From contig CAXHJY010001530.1 in the NCBI GenBank assembly GCA_964016885.1, positions 62,001 through 126,000 on the forward strand: 64,000 nucleotides of DNA, read 5' to 3'. This document shows, in pieces, positions 42,001 through 56,005 of this stretch. The position numbers were made by a program, and so were the translations under genes. Below the pieces are notes generated by a model. The model saw nothing but the letters and a program-made list of their open reading frames with translations, searched no databases and was not told the origin of the DNA. The DNA is from Eledone cirrhosa (taxonomy: Eukaryota). Every line of letters begins with the position of its first letter. Within the stretch, counting starts at the first letter, position 1.

Positions 42001-42328
42001 TTTAAAGATTAGTATATATACAATTTCTGATTTTTATGGATTTTGTTGCTTCTTTAAAAATACATATAGATGTTCTTTTTTTAATAATCTCTTTGGAAAT
42101 GGTTGAATGGTTGAAAAGAAAACGAATTTACAAAGCTAATAAGATAAAGGCTTTATAATAATAAATAATTGTTCATAGTATTGTGCAATAAAGGCAAAGA
42201 TATGACTTGAGAAACTTAATGTAAAAACAATAATAGTATTTTATTAATTCTGTATTAGTATTTTAAATAAATATATAATAGGGAAATTCTGCATGGTTGC
42301 TCGATCTGCTAGAAATAGCAAGCAACTC

Positions 42329-42470
42329 TCTTGCAGAAATAAATCTTTGAAGGAATTTCACTAGTCCAGCCTCCTGTCGTTTTACTATATATATATATAT
42401 AGAGAGAGAGAGAGTAAAACGACAGGAGGCTGGACTAGTGAAATTACTTCAAAAATTTATTTCTGCAAGA
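42329..42470. repeat. 58-bp inverted repeat centred on a (TA)n(GA)n tract
   Basis: Arms at 42329-42386 and 42413-42470. Confidence 0.85.
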
Positions 42471-43388
42471 CGAAGCTTTGTAATAGTAAAATATACACGA
42501 ACTCGTCTATATCAACTAACTGCAACCTCTGCACAAAGGAGACCCTATTAATAATTAATAATTATGAAAACTTAATTAACAAAAAAAAGTGAATTATTCT
42601 CAAACTGTCTTCATAAAGCTTTGTCTACATTCCAAGCATCGCAAAAAGTTAGGAAAAAAACACTAAATTTTGGTAAAGATTACCTTCGTGAGGGTATAAA
42701 AGCATTATATATTTTCTTTCTCGTGTTTCGTAAATCCTTTAAATTTGTTTTCATAAAATTTGAATTTTAGAAATTAAACTTGATAGTATAATATAATATT
42801 AATGCAGATACCTATTAACTTTTAAAACCTAAAATATTACTCATTACTCTGAAATAACTTAAATTAAATATTTTGAATATTAACGGTCAACTAAATAAGT
42901 TTAGATATATATTGCATATATGGATAATTGTCTATAAACTTGAACATAAATTACTCCCCTTTGTCTCTCTCTCTCTTTAATCATCTTTCATTTGTTTTTC
43001 GAGGTACCAACTAAATATAGTATGCCATCAGCTATTTCTTCCTCTATGCTTTCCTTTCTTTCCTCTTTCTTCAGTAGTTTTAAAAATATTTTGTTTTAAC
43101 TGTTATATTGATGCCATGTATTTTTAAGCTGTATTACACGCACCCTCTCTATTGTTTGTATTATATATTTTTCTCATGTTCTCAATATTAGGGTATAATA
43201 TTGAGTTTTGTCATATATTAATCACTACCATGACTAAATCCTAACCATCTACTATGTCAGGGTATGTCATGCATCATCTTATTTTATCTGCTGAAGACGT
43301 ACTGTTGAACTTAACTCAGTACCTCTGAAATATGTATAATAAAATATACTTGATCTCAAGAATATCTATTTTGTTAATATTTTGAATT

Positions 43389-43392
<4 letters not shown>
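42413..43392 (+). mobile_element. Second F7 PLE remnant
   Basis: 42515-42668 matches 30666-30820; followed by a pLTR-like segment; microsatellite flanks. Confidence 0.75.
43280..43346 (+). ncRNA. HHR (F7) with CTGCTGA core change
   Basis: tattttat-CTGCTGA-agacgtactg..cagtacctct-GAAATATGTATA-ataaaata. Confidence 0.65.
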
Positions 43393-43428
<36 letters not shown>

Positions 43429-44298
43429 CAGAGTTTATTGAAATTAATCATGTCTATTCACTCAATAATTTTAGAAGAATCGTATATTGTAAATATGAGC
43501 TTTAATAACTGGGCACTTTAACAAATAAATTGGCTTTGTGTTGGTATAATGTATACACTGATCTATACAGCTTCTATGTTACATTCTATGTGCAACAGAA
43601 TTCATTATTACCAAATATTTCTGAGTGGTGCAAAGGAGGAAACAATCTTCAAACAGAAGGCCATGTCTTTATAATTTACAGCAGAGTGATACTGCTAACA
43701 GAACCAAAAACTAGATGGTGGTTTAAAACCGAGTGACAGATATCATAAAGTAGACCTTGATCAAAGACAATCCAACTGGGACCATCCTGTCATTGTTTTA
43801 TATCACAAGTATATAGACACGTAAAAAACGACATGGAAGGACGTTTGACCACGTCTTGACCAAACAAAATATATTTTCACCAAAAATTGCCTTTAAACAC
43901 ATGTCAGATGTATTACAATATTCATTATTACAATTACTTTGACTGTTCCCTGACTACTAGTACCAGTTTCAACATAGAATTATTTTAACGAAGTATATTT
44001 GATTTGATTTGATTTTCGCCAACAAACCACATGTGGACATGGACGGGGAAAGAAAACAAAAAACAAATCACTACATCCCTTAGGCATCGCAGTAAGTACT
44101 TCACAAAATCTATAAACAACAATATACACACAAATCTATATACAGATACATACCACATGCATATACACACAAGTGAAAAGAAACCACACTATTTCGTGTG
44201 AGACATTATACCGGCCAATCTTACCTACATTTGTAAAATATTTCTGAACATTGACTTCGCTTCTAACCCACATACACCTTTTAATTATATATATATAA

Positions 44299-45982
44299 CT
44301 AGCAGATTTACCCGGCGTTGCTCGGGGTTTGAAATTATGCTAAGAATATACAGTTAGGAAGTAAAAGAAGAACATTATTTGTCCCCAACTTGTCAAAATA
44401 AGCAGAAGTCTTTAATAATTAATGCAAACGAATATTTAGTGCAATCTTTGTACACATAAAACTATGTTGATAATGAAGGAAAACATTGGACAGGATGTAG
44501 TTATACAAATGATTAAAGACACGTTGCAAATCTGTAAAAAAACAGGCAGTTTTGCTAAAGTACAAAAAGTTGTAATGAAAGCAGAGTTGTAAACAAACAA
44601 AAAAACGATGAGAGTAGAATAAGAGAAAATTTGAGTGCATCCTTTGCTGTGTATCGTTAAATTTTGAACTTATAATCCAAAATATCCTGCATGTCATATT
44701 CATTGGTATGTTTTGTAATGAGTAAGGTGAAGTCAAGGCAGAGCTGTAATAAGTTTTTTTGTTAACACTAAAGCACTTCAGGATAGACGATATTCTTTGT
44801 TTTTCTTTTCGGAACTAACGCAAAGAGATTTTCTCTACTGCCAACTCGTGAGCAGGCAACGTAGAATTGTCCGTGTGAAAAGCAAGGTTCATCCAAGGGA
44901 ATTCCAGTGACGGACAGAGTTTGACCCTGCGACTTGTTTATGGACATCGCAAAGACAACACGAAAGGGGAAATTGGGTTCGGTGAAAGGAGAAGGGAGTA
45001 TCCACGCCTGATGTAGTCAGGCTAATTTTTGTTATTATCCCATCTTCACCTTTTCCACATCCGGATAGAATGGTAGCGTCAATACTAAGTGGAGACAGTT
45101 TTTTAACTACAAGGCGTGAACCATTGCATAGTTTTGGAGGAGTGATATTTCTCAGCAAAATAACTGACGTTCCCTCTTTCAGAACCAATGTATTAGGTAA
45201 ACCAGGAGGATTTAAAGAATTTAGAAATTCAACTGGATAGTTGACCGCATCCTGTAGATCACATACAGTATCAATAGATTTATATATCCGTGGACATCCA
45301 GGAAGAATCCTGTTCAGTATGTTCCTTCATTGTCAAAAAAGTTTGATGTGTACGAATACAGCTGGAAGCATAGATAATGCCTGCTTCAAATGTGGACGAA
45401 ATTACTTTAAAAATGTAAAAGCTGTAGGTCCCAATGGTTTAAATGGAAAATCCCATAATGATTTTCTAAAAATAAACAAACAATCATCAAAATCTCGTCA
45501 ATTCGAGACTGCTGCGAGATTAGGCCCTTACCGCGAAAATTAACACTTAATATAGTGAAACAAGTTAAAACAACAAGTGTTTTTTTAACTTTCAAAGTGC
45601 AACAAAGAATAAACAAGAAACAAACAATAATATTAGTGATTTATCTTCAAATGAATCTGATGTTTATATTTCTGAAATTTCGTCCGACGATGATTGTTGT
45701 TTTAAAATTGAAAACGAAGGTCTCCATATCTCACTCTCTTTATAAGGATTGTCAATAAAGTTGGTTGTCTCCCTTACATCAATTTTGCTACCGATAATGT
45801 TGATATCGATTTTTATTGCTCAACGTGGGTCGATTGGAGAAATCTTTGTAATGTGACCATCTTAGCGACCTGTGCAACGTGCACAGAAAATTTGGTCAAA
45901 TTCGGTTGGTTATTGTAAAAGCCTTAGGTATCCAAAGTTGTACACAGACACACACACATCCTCGCTTTTATATATATAAAGA
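44299..45982 (-). mobile_element. Helitron with degenerate Pif1 helicase (44760-45330)
   Basis: a|ctag plus cccggcgttgctcgggg hairpin; ILLRNITPPKLCNGSRL and RTQFPL motifs; 5' TC at 45982. Confidence 0.9.
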
Positions 45983-46142
45983 TTATATATTCGTGTGCAG
46001 ATCTTTTTGTATACACAAACACACATAATACATAGGAAAACAAAACAGAAATACAAAAACAAAACATAAACAAACATTTATCTCGTTAACTTACGCCGCA
46101 TATTTATTTTTTTACATGCGCAGACTCTTTTGTACACACACA

Positions 46143-46806
46143 CACGCGTTATTTTAATAAAGCATATCGATGTAAGTGGAGTTACTTAAATGAAAATATA
46201 GGTGGCTCTTAAAAGGGCCAAATTAGAAAACAAATTTAAGTTAATTAGAAAACAAGTCATGGTTATCAAATTAATTGGATTTAATCATTTATATTTTCAT
46301 AGTCATGGTTATCAATTTCATGTATAGGGTTGGTGAAAAAAATTTGATAACCATATATTTGTTTTCTAATTTGGCCCTTTTAAGGGCCACCTATATTTTC
46401 ATTTAAGTTAACTCCACTGTTGGTGAAAATGACTTGTTTTCTACATTGATAACCATGACTATGAAAATATAGTTCATGGTATTAGCTGTCAGAAGTAACT
46501 CCACTGTTGGTGAAAATTCATTTAAGTTCATGGTATTAGCTGTCAGAAGTAATTCCACCGTTGGTGAAAATGACTTGTTTTCTACATTGATAACCATGAC
46601 TATGAAAATATAAATAATTAAATCCAATTTATTTGATAACCATGACTATGAAAATATAAATGATTAAATCCAATTTTATTTGATAACCACGACTTGTTTT
46701 CTAATTAACTTAAATTTGTTTTCTAATTTGGCCCTTTTAAGAGCCACCTATATTTTCATTTAAGTAACTCCACTTACATCGATATGCTTTATTAAAATAA
46801 CACGTG
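46143..46806. mobile_element. Fold-back/MITE-like element with ~175-bp terminal inverted repeats and internal tandem duplications
   Basis: 46143-~46316 is inverted at ~46631-46806. Confidence 0.75.
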
Positions 46807-46957
46807 CTAATACGGAAATAAACGATGTTTGCGATTGAGAAGGTTGACGAAACTTTCACTTCTGATAGCTAATAGCATGGTAGTGGCCAGACATTTTATT
46901 TCTATCGTAATCAAGTGCGCTAAACCTCTATTGTTTACATTCTGTGTTTTTCTACGG

Positions 46958-47522
46958 ATGGGCAGAAATAACAAAATTGCCATGGTGATATCCATGGATG
47001 AAGTATGCAACAAAACTGGTCGATGTTCCAAAATAGAACATTGCCCAGAAAATCACACCTGCCATATTTGTACGGAACCGGAAAACTCGTTCCGTAATCG
47101 CTGGGTCGAATGTGGAACCTGTCGCATCTCTGTCTGCCTTCAATGTGCCACAGGCTTCCGGAGGATCCCAGGCCAAATATAGAGACATCATATTGCTATG
47201 ATGGATGGACTCTGGGAGATGGTCCAGCTAAAATCCTGATCCTTTCAGTGCCTGGCCTGTGTGCCTGCCCCCACCAATGTTATTGAAAAACAACAACAAC
47301 AACAACAACAAACCGATGACTGTATCTTCCTCTACCGTTGTTACTGAACAACGGCAAAAACCTATGACACTGGCTTCTCCTGCTATTCATGTGGAAGAAC
47401 ATCAGCAACAACAACCCATTTCTTCCGCTCCCTGTACATCTCGACACCAACAACGGCGACTGTGTCTTCCCCTACCATACCCGTGGAGGAACATCATCAT
47501 CACCAACAACAACAGCAGCAGC

Positions 47523-47616
<94 letters not shown>

Positions 47617-48260
47617 ACAACAACCTACCAGTACAGATTTTGCAGAATTGCAACTAATGATTTCTGCTTTAAGAAGGGAAGTAACAGGAATAAAAGCAAG
47701 CATTCGGGTAGGACTCCACAATGAGGGGTCTTATCGGAATGCCTTGCTAAAGAATCTCCCTGTACCCCTTGCCGTATCTGGGCACACTGAGAAGACTCCG
47801 GAATCTGCTACCCATGAAGTAATTGCCATTGGAGTACCACAGGACAAGGCTGATCTTCAGGCATTTGCTGTCAGCTCAGCCAAAGACCTAGGCTGTGTTC
47901 CCCCAAAGGGTGCTCTCCGCCTTGGTCGATCTGGTCCAAAACCCAGACTCATGAGGCTGTCTTTTTCGGACCCCACTGAGGCAATTTCATATCATCTGGC
48001 CTCTGTTAAAGCTGGGCGTGAAAATCGGATTACCTTCCGAACACGCCCAGGCCTACTACCCATGTACGTCCAAAGCTACGTGCTGTAGCTTTCTTGAATC
48101 GCAACTCAGCCCAACATGAAAGTTTTAGTCTGCGTGATGATGGGCAGATGTGGAGGTTTGTTAAGGCTGGTGAGACTTGGAAGAGAGATACCAGCTGGTC
48201 TGAGTGCGCTCTACCCACAATAACTGGCAATGAAAAAACTGCAACAACTCTGGGAAACTA
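46958..48260 (+). pseudogene. CR1 ORF1: PHD-like finger, polyQ, RLGR..KPRLMRLSF domain
   Basis: CHICTE..WVECGTCRISVCLQCA and LRLGRSGPKPRLMRLSF. Confidence 0.8.
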
Positions 48261-48299
48261 AACCAGAACAACCTGCCATCCTCTATACACCATCATAAA

Positions 48300-51056
48300 C
48301 TGCAAGCAGGGTATAAATTGTTGTCCTTAAATGCTCGCAGTTTATGCAACAAGATACATCTGTTTAACTCCTACGTCAGAAGCATCGACCCTGACTTCAT
48401 CACAGTCATGGAAACATGGGCACATTCCTTACTCTGTGATGAGGTTTTCAGCATTACTGGGTACAACCTTTTCCGCAGGGGCCGCATTAACCGCCGTGGT
48501 GGTGGTGTGATGGTCTACGTTCGTTCAAACTTTTCGGTAATTCCTTGCGTTGATTTGAACGAATCACAAGAAGTTTTTTTTGTGACATATGTATGACCAT
48601 GTCAACACTTCTGCTTGGTGTTGTTTATTGCCCCCCAAACTACCATAAGGACACACAGCTTTGCGATATCCTCAGAGCTGCTGCCAGGAAAACAGCCACT
48701 TATGTGTTTATTACAGGTGACTTCAATCATCCTGAGATCGATTGGGAAACCTTTCGTTGGCTACAAAGTGCAAATGATTTCCTTGAGCTAGTGCTGGACT
48801 CAAACTGGTCACAAGTAGTCACCTCTCCAACAAGAGGTGACAACACTTTGGACCTGATCTTCACCACTACGCCTGAAGTGGTTATCAGTTGTACTACTGA
48901 GGAACCTCTAGGCAACTCTGATCATGTTATGATCATTGCCAATCTGGCTCTTGCGGGCAGCAACAAAAACCAGAACCATCTCCAATCTGCTTGCTTTGAT
49001 TGGAAGAAAGCAGATTGGAACTTGTACTGCACTGAGCTACAGCGCCCAAAGTGGCATGAGTTCTATAACTCTGTAGGTGTTAACACTATACTTCAGAGCA
49101 TCCTGGACTCAATATGGATAGCGTGTGCAGCATCGGTGCCACGAAAGCAGAAAAAAAACACCCCAAAAGTGCAATTTGGGAAACTTCAGCGGTCCGACTT
49201 GCCAGGAAAGAACGTCGGAACGCTGAATGGGAATATAAACTGCATAAATCAGATGCCAACAGAAAAAAGCGGAATACATTTTCCAACCATCTCAAGCAAG
49301 TTACAAAAAAGGCAGTGCTTGAATTTGAACAGTGCATAACAACCAATCCTGACAGTAAGGTGTTCTGGAAATATGTTCATTCAAAGCAGTTACCTCACTC
49401 TCCAGTTGGTCCTCTTCACAATCTCCACACAAGCCAGATCACTGACGATCCCCAAAATGCGCAGAACTCATTGCTGAGTGCTATGCAAGCATTTTTAAAG
49501 TTGAAAACCAGAATGTACCATCTCCACCATCTCTAACATCAAATTCCATAACAACTATGGAATTTACACCTGCAATGTTGCGACGTCACCTTAAGAATAA
49601 GCGCAACTATGCCTCCCCTGGTCTTGATGATGTTACATACCTGCTTCTCAAACGTGGCGGGTACTTCCTTTTGCGCCAGCTTTCTTTCTTGTTTCAATAC
49701 TGTCTCAACAATGGTGCTACTCTGGAGCAGTGGAAAACTGCCAGTGTCATTCCCCTGTTCAAAAAGGGCGACTGCACGTCACCTGTCAACTATCGTCCAG
49801 TAGGTCTTACTAGCTGTATTGCCAAACTGATGGAATCCTGTGTCAGAGAAACACTTTGGAACTTCTGGAGCTCTCACAGCCTCATCCGGCCCTCGCAGTT
49901 TGGATTTATCCCTAACTCCAGCTGCTGTGATCAGCTTATCAAGTTCCTTGAAGACATTACCCGGATCACTGACAGCGGCTCATGGGTGGATGTTGTTTAC
50001 CTTGACTTCGCTAAGGTTTTTAATTCTGTGCCACACAAAAAACTTATGGCAAAACTCTCTGCAATGGGTGTGAGGGATGAACTTTTTGACTGGTTGAAAT
50101 CCTTCATTCTAAGCCGAAAAGAGGTAGTCACTGTTCTCGGACAGCTTTCATCACCATACGAGATGTCATCTGGTGTACCACAGGGATGGTCCCCTTTTGT
50201 TTGTGGCATATATTAATGACATAGATGCCAACTTAAAGAATGCCACGGTACTGAAATATGCAGATGGCATCAAGCTGTACCTTGAAATCAAAAGGACTGA
50301 TCCTGAAATCTACAACTCTTTCCTACAATTAGGCCTGGACACACTGCAACAATGGATCACAGACTGGCAACTGAAGCTGACTGTGGACAAATGTACCACC
50401 ATGCATTTTGGGAGGAAAAATCCAGCGTCCACATACTCCCTCCACAACACTGATATCAAGAAGTCCTCTGGGCATTACTGTCAGCAGCGATTTGCGTTGG
50501 ACAAACCATCTCTCTAAGATTGTCAAGAAGGCCGAGAGTGTCTTAGCATCACTCAGCAAGACCTTTGTTAGCCGATCTCCAGCCATCTATTTAAAGCTGT
50601 ATACAGCTATGGTACGACCACACTTGGAATTCGCATCATCAGTCTGGAAGCCCTATCTTGCTCAGAACATTGACCTCCTGGAAACTGTTCAGAGACGTGA
50701 AACCAAGCGCATACCCTCCATCAGACACCTACCATACTCTGAACGACTTGCTTCCCTGGGCATGGATTCATTGAAGCTCCGACGTCTGGCAATGGACTTG
50801 GTAAACACCCACAAATTTATTAACCATCTCGCCAACAACAACCCTGAGCACCTTTTTGATCCCCATGTGTGTAACACACATGGACATGCCTACAAAATCA
50901 GAAAATAGTACAGCTCCCATGACTTTCGGAAACATTTATTTCACGCTCAGAGTTGCTGAAGCATGGAACAAACTGCCTGCGTCAGTTGTTAGCTGCCGAG
51001 ACACTGCATCCTTTAAAACCCTCATGCTTCCTGAAATTCGCCAAAACTACACCTGA
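48300..51056 (+). pseudogene. CR1 ORF2 APE endonuclease and RT
   Basis: LNARSLCNK, GDFNHPEIDW, PLGNSDH, NYRPVGLTS, YLDFAKVFNSVPH, SGVPQG, KYADGIKL, VRPHLEFA. Confidence 0.93.
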
Positions 51057-52083
51057 TGTACCCCTTCCATACACATGCACACATGTGTATATCATGACTC
51101 ATGCACTGTTCATTTTCCTGACGTTTGTACATTACCCTATGTACTATACATACACTTTTTGATGAGTTGTAGTGCACCTGAGCAATGTACACTATATAGA
51201 AAGTAGCGGAATCATGTAAATTTATAAAGAGGACATCTTTTGAAATCAACCATTAAAAGGAAAAGTATGTTGGCAGAAAATCCAAATAACTGGATTATAT
51301 ATGAAGAAAAGTTTTGGTTGTTGTGGAAGAGGATGGGAAACATGACAAATATGAACAATTCTGGTTGAATATATATATTCACTTCACTTCAGCAAAAAGC
51401 AAAAGAATAAAATTACTTCGAATCGTAAATGTAAAGTTGGATTATAGTGATCATAAATGAATATAGGATTCTGTGTTGTGTAAGGGTCTCTTTTTACCAT
51501 GTAATGTTCCTTTTCAAAGTGACAAGTTGTAGTCATACAGTATGTACCAGCAGAGGTTGTAGTAAACTCTTATATGGTGAAGTTGTGTTGTACAGGTGAT
51601 CGCAGTGAATTGTTTTGTCTAAGAGAAGAGGCAGATGACTGAGTGTTAGGACCACAGGACATCCTACTTATAATGAAAGGTAGTTATTTTTTATGGATAA
51701 CAGATGGCCCTAGAATATGTTCTCCTTCCAAGTACTAGTGCTGTAAATCCTACCATCAGGAGAATGTATCAATTGTCTTCTCTACAAGATCGCAGGACAC
51801 TTACTTGGTGGCTGTGTCTGGAAGAGAGAAGAAACTTGTGGGAAAACATTTCTTTCACTACACACATATATACATTTTATATATATATATATATAATATA
51901 TATATATATACAAGCAAATTATAAACGTAAACATGTAAGTATGTTTTTGAAACGGTGCGCGAGTTTGAAATTAGAAATTATAAGCTTTCACCGTATTTTA
52001 GACTAAAGAAATTTCTAGCCTGATAGTGGGGTTTATAACCCTCGGATAAATGGAAGAAGATGAGTGTTGCTGTACATATATAT

Positions 52084-54552
52084 CATCATCATCATCATCT
52101 TCGTTTAACGTCCATTTTCCACTCTAGCATGGGTTAGACTTGAGACAACAAGGTTGGTAGGACTATCTGGCAGGGTTTCAACGACTGGATGCCCTTCCTA
52201 ACACCAACCACATTTACAGTGTGGAACTGGGAACTTTTTACCGTGCTACCTACACGGCCACATTACAGCGTGGAGTATGTTTTTTCTCATGACACCTACA
52301 CGATCTCAATCTCGATCTCTTTATCTCATTTATTTGGACTGAATGTTGTGATACCAACTTTATAGAGAGAGGGTGGTGTTGGTGGGAGTGGGAGGATAGG
52401 GTAGGGTAGTGGATTGGGGTGTATATTTGGTTAAGAGGTGCCTACTGACTGTAGTTTTCGCTTTGTACATAGGCAAGGCGGGTCTTCTGTATTACTGCGT
52501 AGCGCCAAAGATCTCAGTCCAGTGACATTGTCTTAGAGAGGTGCAAGTGTGTAAGATCGGAATTTATCAGATCGTCCCAGGTTTTTCTGGGTCTACCTAA
52601 TCCGGAACTACCATCATTTTTGATCGCCCTGCACTTTTTTTATACAGCTGTTGTCTTTCATGCGCATCACGTGGCCATACCAACGTAGTCTTCTCTCGCG
52701 TAAACAGCATCTGATCCCTCTTATTCCTAATTTCTCACTTAGTTCATTTATGATTTGCCGTTCACGTATATTACTATTACACATCCAACGGAGCATGCAT
52801 GCTTCGTTCCTTTCCAGTCTACGCAGGTCCTCTGCACGTAATGCCCATGTCTCACTGCCATGTAGCATTTCTGTTCGTATACAAGCATCATACAATCTGC
52901 CTCTCATTTTTAGAGAGAAACCTTTTGTGGCCAACAGCGGTGTAAGCTCTCTGAACTTTTTCCATCCCGTTCTGTCTCTGGCTACTGTACTTTCAGAACA
53001 CCCTCCACCACTGCTGATTTCGTCACCCAGGTAACGGAAAGTGTCTACTATTTCTATAGAACCATCTGGGCAATAGAAGGGGCTAGTATCCTGTGGACAC
53101 TTGCTACCTATTGCACCTGAGCATCGCCCACATATAAAGTCTACGTTCTTAGATAGTTTACCTGTGATCCCACTACATCTTTTATGTACCCATACTTTGC
53201 ATTTGGGACATAAAATTGAATTTCTGCCTACTCCTTTCCTACACACTGAGCAAAGCCATTTCCCTGAGGGTACCTGTGCCTTATTTTCCTTTCTACAAAC
53301 TAGGACTTTAGTCTTAGACAAGTTAACTTTAAGGCCTTTTGATTCTAGGCCATGATTCTATGTTTGGAATTTCTTTTCTAGTTCAGCCATTGATTCAGCT
53401 ATGAGGGTTAGATCATCTGCATATAGGCGTTCCCATGGGCAGCCAGCCTTGAACTCCTCTGTTATAGCCTGAAGGGCAATAATAAATACGAGGGGGCTAA
53501 GGTCAAAGCCTTGGTGAACACCAACTTTTACACTAAATTCTTCGCAATATTCATTGTTAATTCTAACCATATTGACTGTTTCATTCTACATGGCTTGTAT
53601 AGCTCTCACAAGACATTCATCTACACCTAATTTTCTAAGAGCCCACCAGATAATGGAGTGGGGGACTCTGTCAAAGGCTTTTTCCAGGTCTACAAAAGCT
53701 AAGTAGAGGAGTTTACTTTTAGCTAGGTACTTCTCTTGTAGTTGTCGTACAAGGAAAAGAGCGTCTGTGGTACTTTTACCTGACACAATCCCAAACTGCA
53801 TTTTATCTAGATCAATTCACTCTCTCATTAGTTGCGCTATAACTCTTTCTGTGACCTTCATGACCTGGTCAACTAACTTAATGCCTCTATAGTTTCCTCT
53901 ATCTAGAGCATCTCCTTTACACTTGTAGCAGTTAATGATGATGATGCTACGCCAGTCCTTTGGTATGGCCCCATTCTGTATTACTTGGTTAATTATACGG
54001 GTGACCATAGTCACCCGATGCCTTCAACATCTCAGCAACTAGCTCCGAAGGCCCAGCTGCTTTGCCTGTCTTCATATCTTTGATAGCCTTACTTATTATA
54101 CTACCTTTAACTTGCACTGCTGGTCCTATTGGATCGATTTTGGGCAGACTATCTTTTTCCCATTTATTCTCCTCATTTAATAGTCTCTCGTAGTGACACT
54201 TCCAGGATTTCTTCTTATCAGCATCAGTGAGGGCAAGTACACCGTTATCATTACGGACACACTTCTCCACGACAATATCACTGTTTTCCTTGACACATTG
54301 TCTAGCAATCCTGAACACCTCGCGTATTTGGTCCTCACGTTGTAGAACATGCTTGAACTTTCTTTCCTCTGCTTCCCTTTTTGCAAGGTACACTTGTCTC
54401 CTAGCTTTTCTCCTAGCCACTTGATAGTGCTCTCTACTTTCCCCTTCCTGCCATACTTTCCAACCCTGCTTTTTGGCCTTGATTATCTCTCCTACCTTAC
54501 TTTTCCACCACCAAATTACTCTCCTCCTGCCAATAGGTCTGCTCCAGCCACA
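52084..54552 (-). mobile_element. 5'-truncated RTE LINE with (GAT)n tail
   Basis: NYRGIKL, AFVDLEKAFDRVP, GVHQG, LYADDL, Cys-rich insert, RRLRWYGHV. Confidence 0.93.
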
Positions 54553-54599
54553 GATATATATATATATATATATATATATAAAGAGAGAGAGAGAGAGAG

Positions 54600-54948
54600 A
54601 GAAGCACATGTCTTAGTGGTTAGAGCATTGGCCTTGCAACTTGCAATTGAAAGGTTGTGAGTTAAATTCTCAGATGGGGTGATGTGTTGTTTCCTTGAGC
54701 AAGACACTTTATTCCACGTTGCTCCAGTTTACTCAGCTGTAGAAATGAGATGATAGGGACAGGGGTATCCTATGATTCCACTACAAAGTGGTCGTGGAGG
54801 TGCCACGGCAAAAAAAGCACCCATCACTCACTGTAAATGAGGTTGGTGTTAGGAAGGGCATCTAGCTGTAGAAATCAAGCCAGAATCAGTTCCGTCCCAC
54901 CCTTGCAAGCAGGGAAAAAGCAGACATAAAATGAAATGATGATGATGA
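54600..54948 (+). mobile_element. tRNA-derived SINE with RTE-type 3' tail
   Basis: A/B-box head, TCCTTGAGCAAGACACTT core, gttggtgttaggaagggcat tail, (GAT)n. Confidence 0.85.
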
Positions 54949-55324
54949 AAATGATTTATATACACACACACACATATAAAACAGCATTTTCATCTTTCAC
55001 GTTTTGCTGCGGAATTGTTATTCCTGATGCTCGTCAGTTTGAAATCTTTGTTTTGCCAATTTTGGATGTTTACGAAATTCAGTACACTTTTTCTCTTTCT
55101 TTCGTAATGATCAACAATATCCCAGACCTCATCCGCTTGCCAAGTGAAGTAGAACTCATCAAATGTGTTAAAAGGAACAATGTTTCCATTGGTCTTTCCA
55201 TTTTTGTTACTGTCTACTGATCGCAGAAGCAATATGAAATAAAGTGTCTATAATATAATTTGTATTTTGACATGAAAATGTGTACTATAATTAACTGTAT
55301 GTAATATATTATAATATAGAATGA

Positions 55325-56005
55325 AATGAAGCTTAGAAAGAAACAAAACTTGCATGCTCCGATGGATGTGTAATAGTAATATACGCGAACGACAAAGCAT
55401 AAACGAATTGTGAGAGAGACTGAGCATAAGAGGAATCAAACGCTGTGTGCAGGAGAGGAGGTTGCGTTGGTATGGACATGTGATGTGTATGAAGGATGAC
55501 AGCTGCATAAAAAGGTGCACAGCACTAGATGTCGATGGAAGCCTTGGAGTGGAGAGACCCAAGAAGACCTGGGATGAGGTAATAAAAGCCGACCTTAGCC
55601 AATTACACCTTTCAAAGGCGATGACACAGGGCTGTGACCTCTGACGTCACACAGTAATACACAAGACCCGACTTCCCACAGGTACAAGCCAAAGCTGAAG
55701 CATATAGACAGTGTGCCCCCACCCCCTCCCACTGTAAAGTGGTAGTGGAGGTGTCATGACAAAAAAGCACCCAGCCCACACTGTAAAGTGGTCGTGTAGG
55801 TGCCACGGAAAAAAAGCACCTAGCACTCACTGTAAATGAGGTTGGTGTTAGGAAGGGCATCCAGCTGTAGAAATCAAGCCAAAATCAGTTCTCGTATGAG
55901 CAAGACAAGGTCACCCGACCTGGCACTGCTCACAACAGGACAATCTGTCCAACGCATGCTAGCGTGGAAGAATGGACATAAAACAGTGATGATGATGATG
56001 ATGAT
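55325..56005 (+). mobile_element. RTE LINE 3' fragment
   Basis: ERRLRWYGHVMCMKDDSCIKRC..RPKKTWDE; 3' UTR and (GAT)n. Confidence 0.88.

Larger units (their letters stand above)
46807..51200 (+). mobile_element. Near full-length CR1-like LINE
   Basis: ORF1 with PHD-like finger and polyQ; ORF2 APE-RT with frameshifts. Confidence 0.9.

Noticed and set aside
47402-47721. PolyL, polyC, polyN and polyT ORFs
   Set aside because: Alternative frames of the CAA/CAG tract.
51480-51860. Possible very degenerate PLE endonuclease on the minus strand
   Set aside because: Only a vague resemblance (EFTTTSAGTYCM..HYMV); the GIY-YIG motif is not recoverable.
54990-55232. 80-aa minus-strand ORF between a SINE and an RTE fragment
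   Set aside because: No recognisable motif or clear splice signals.
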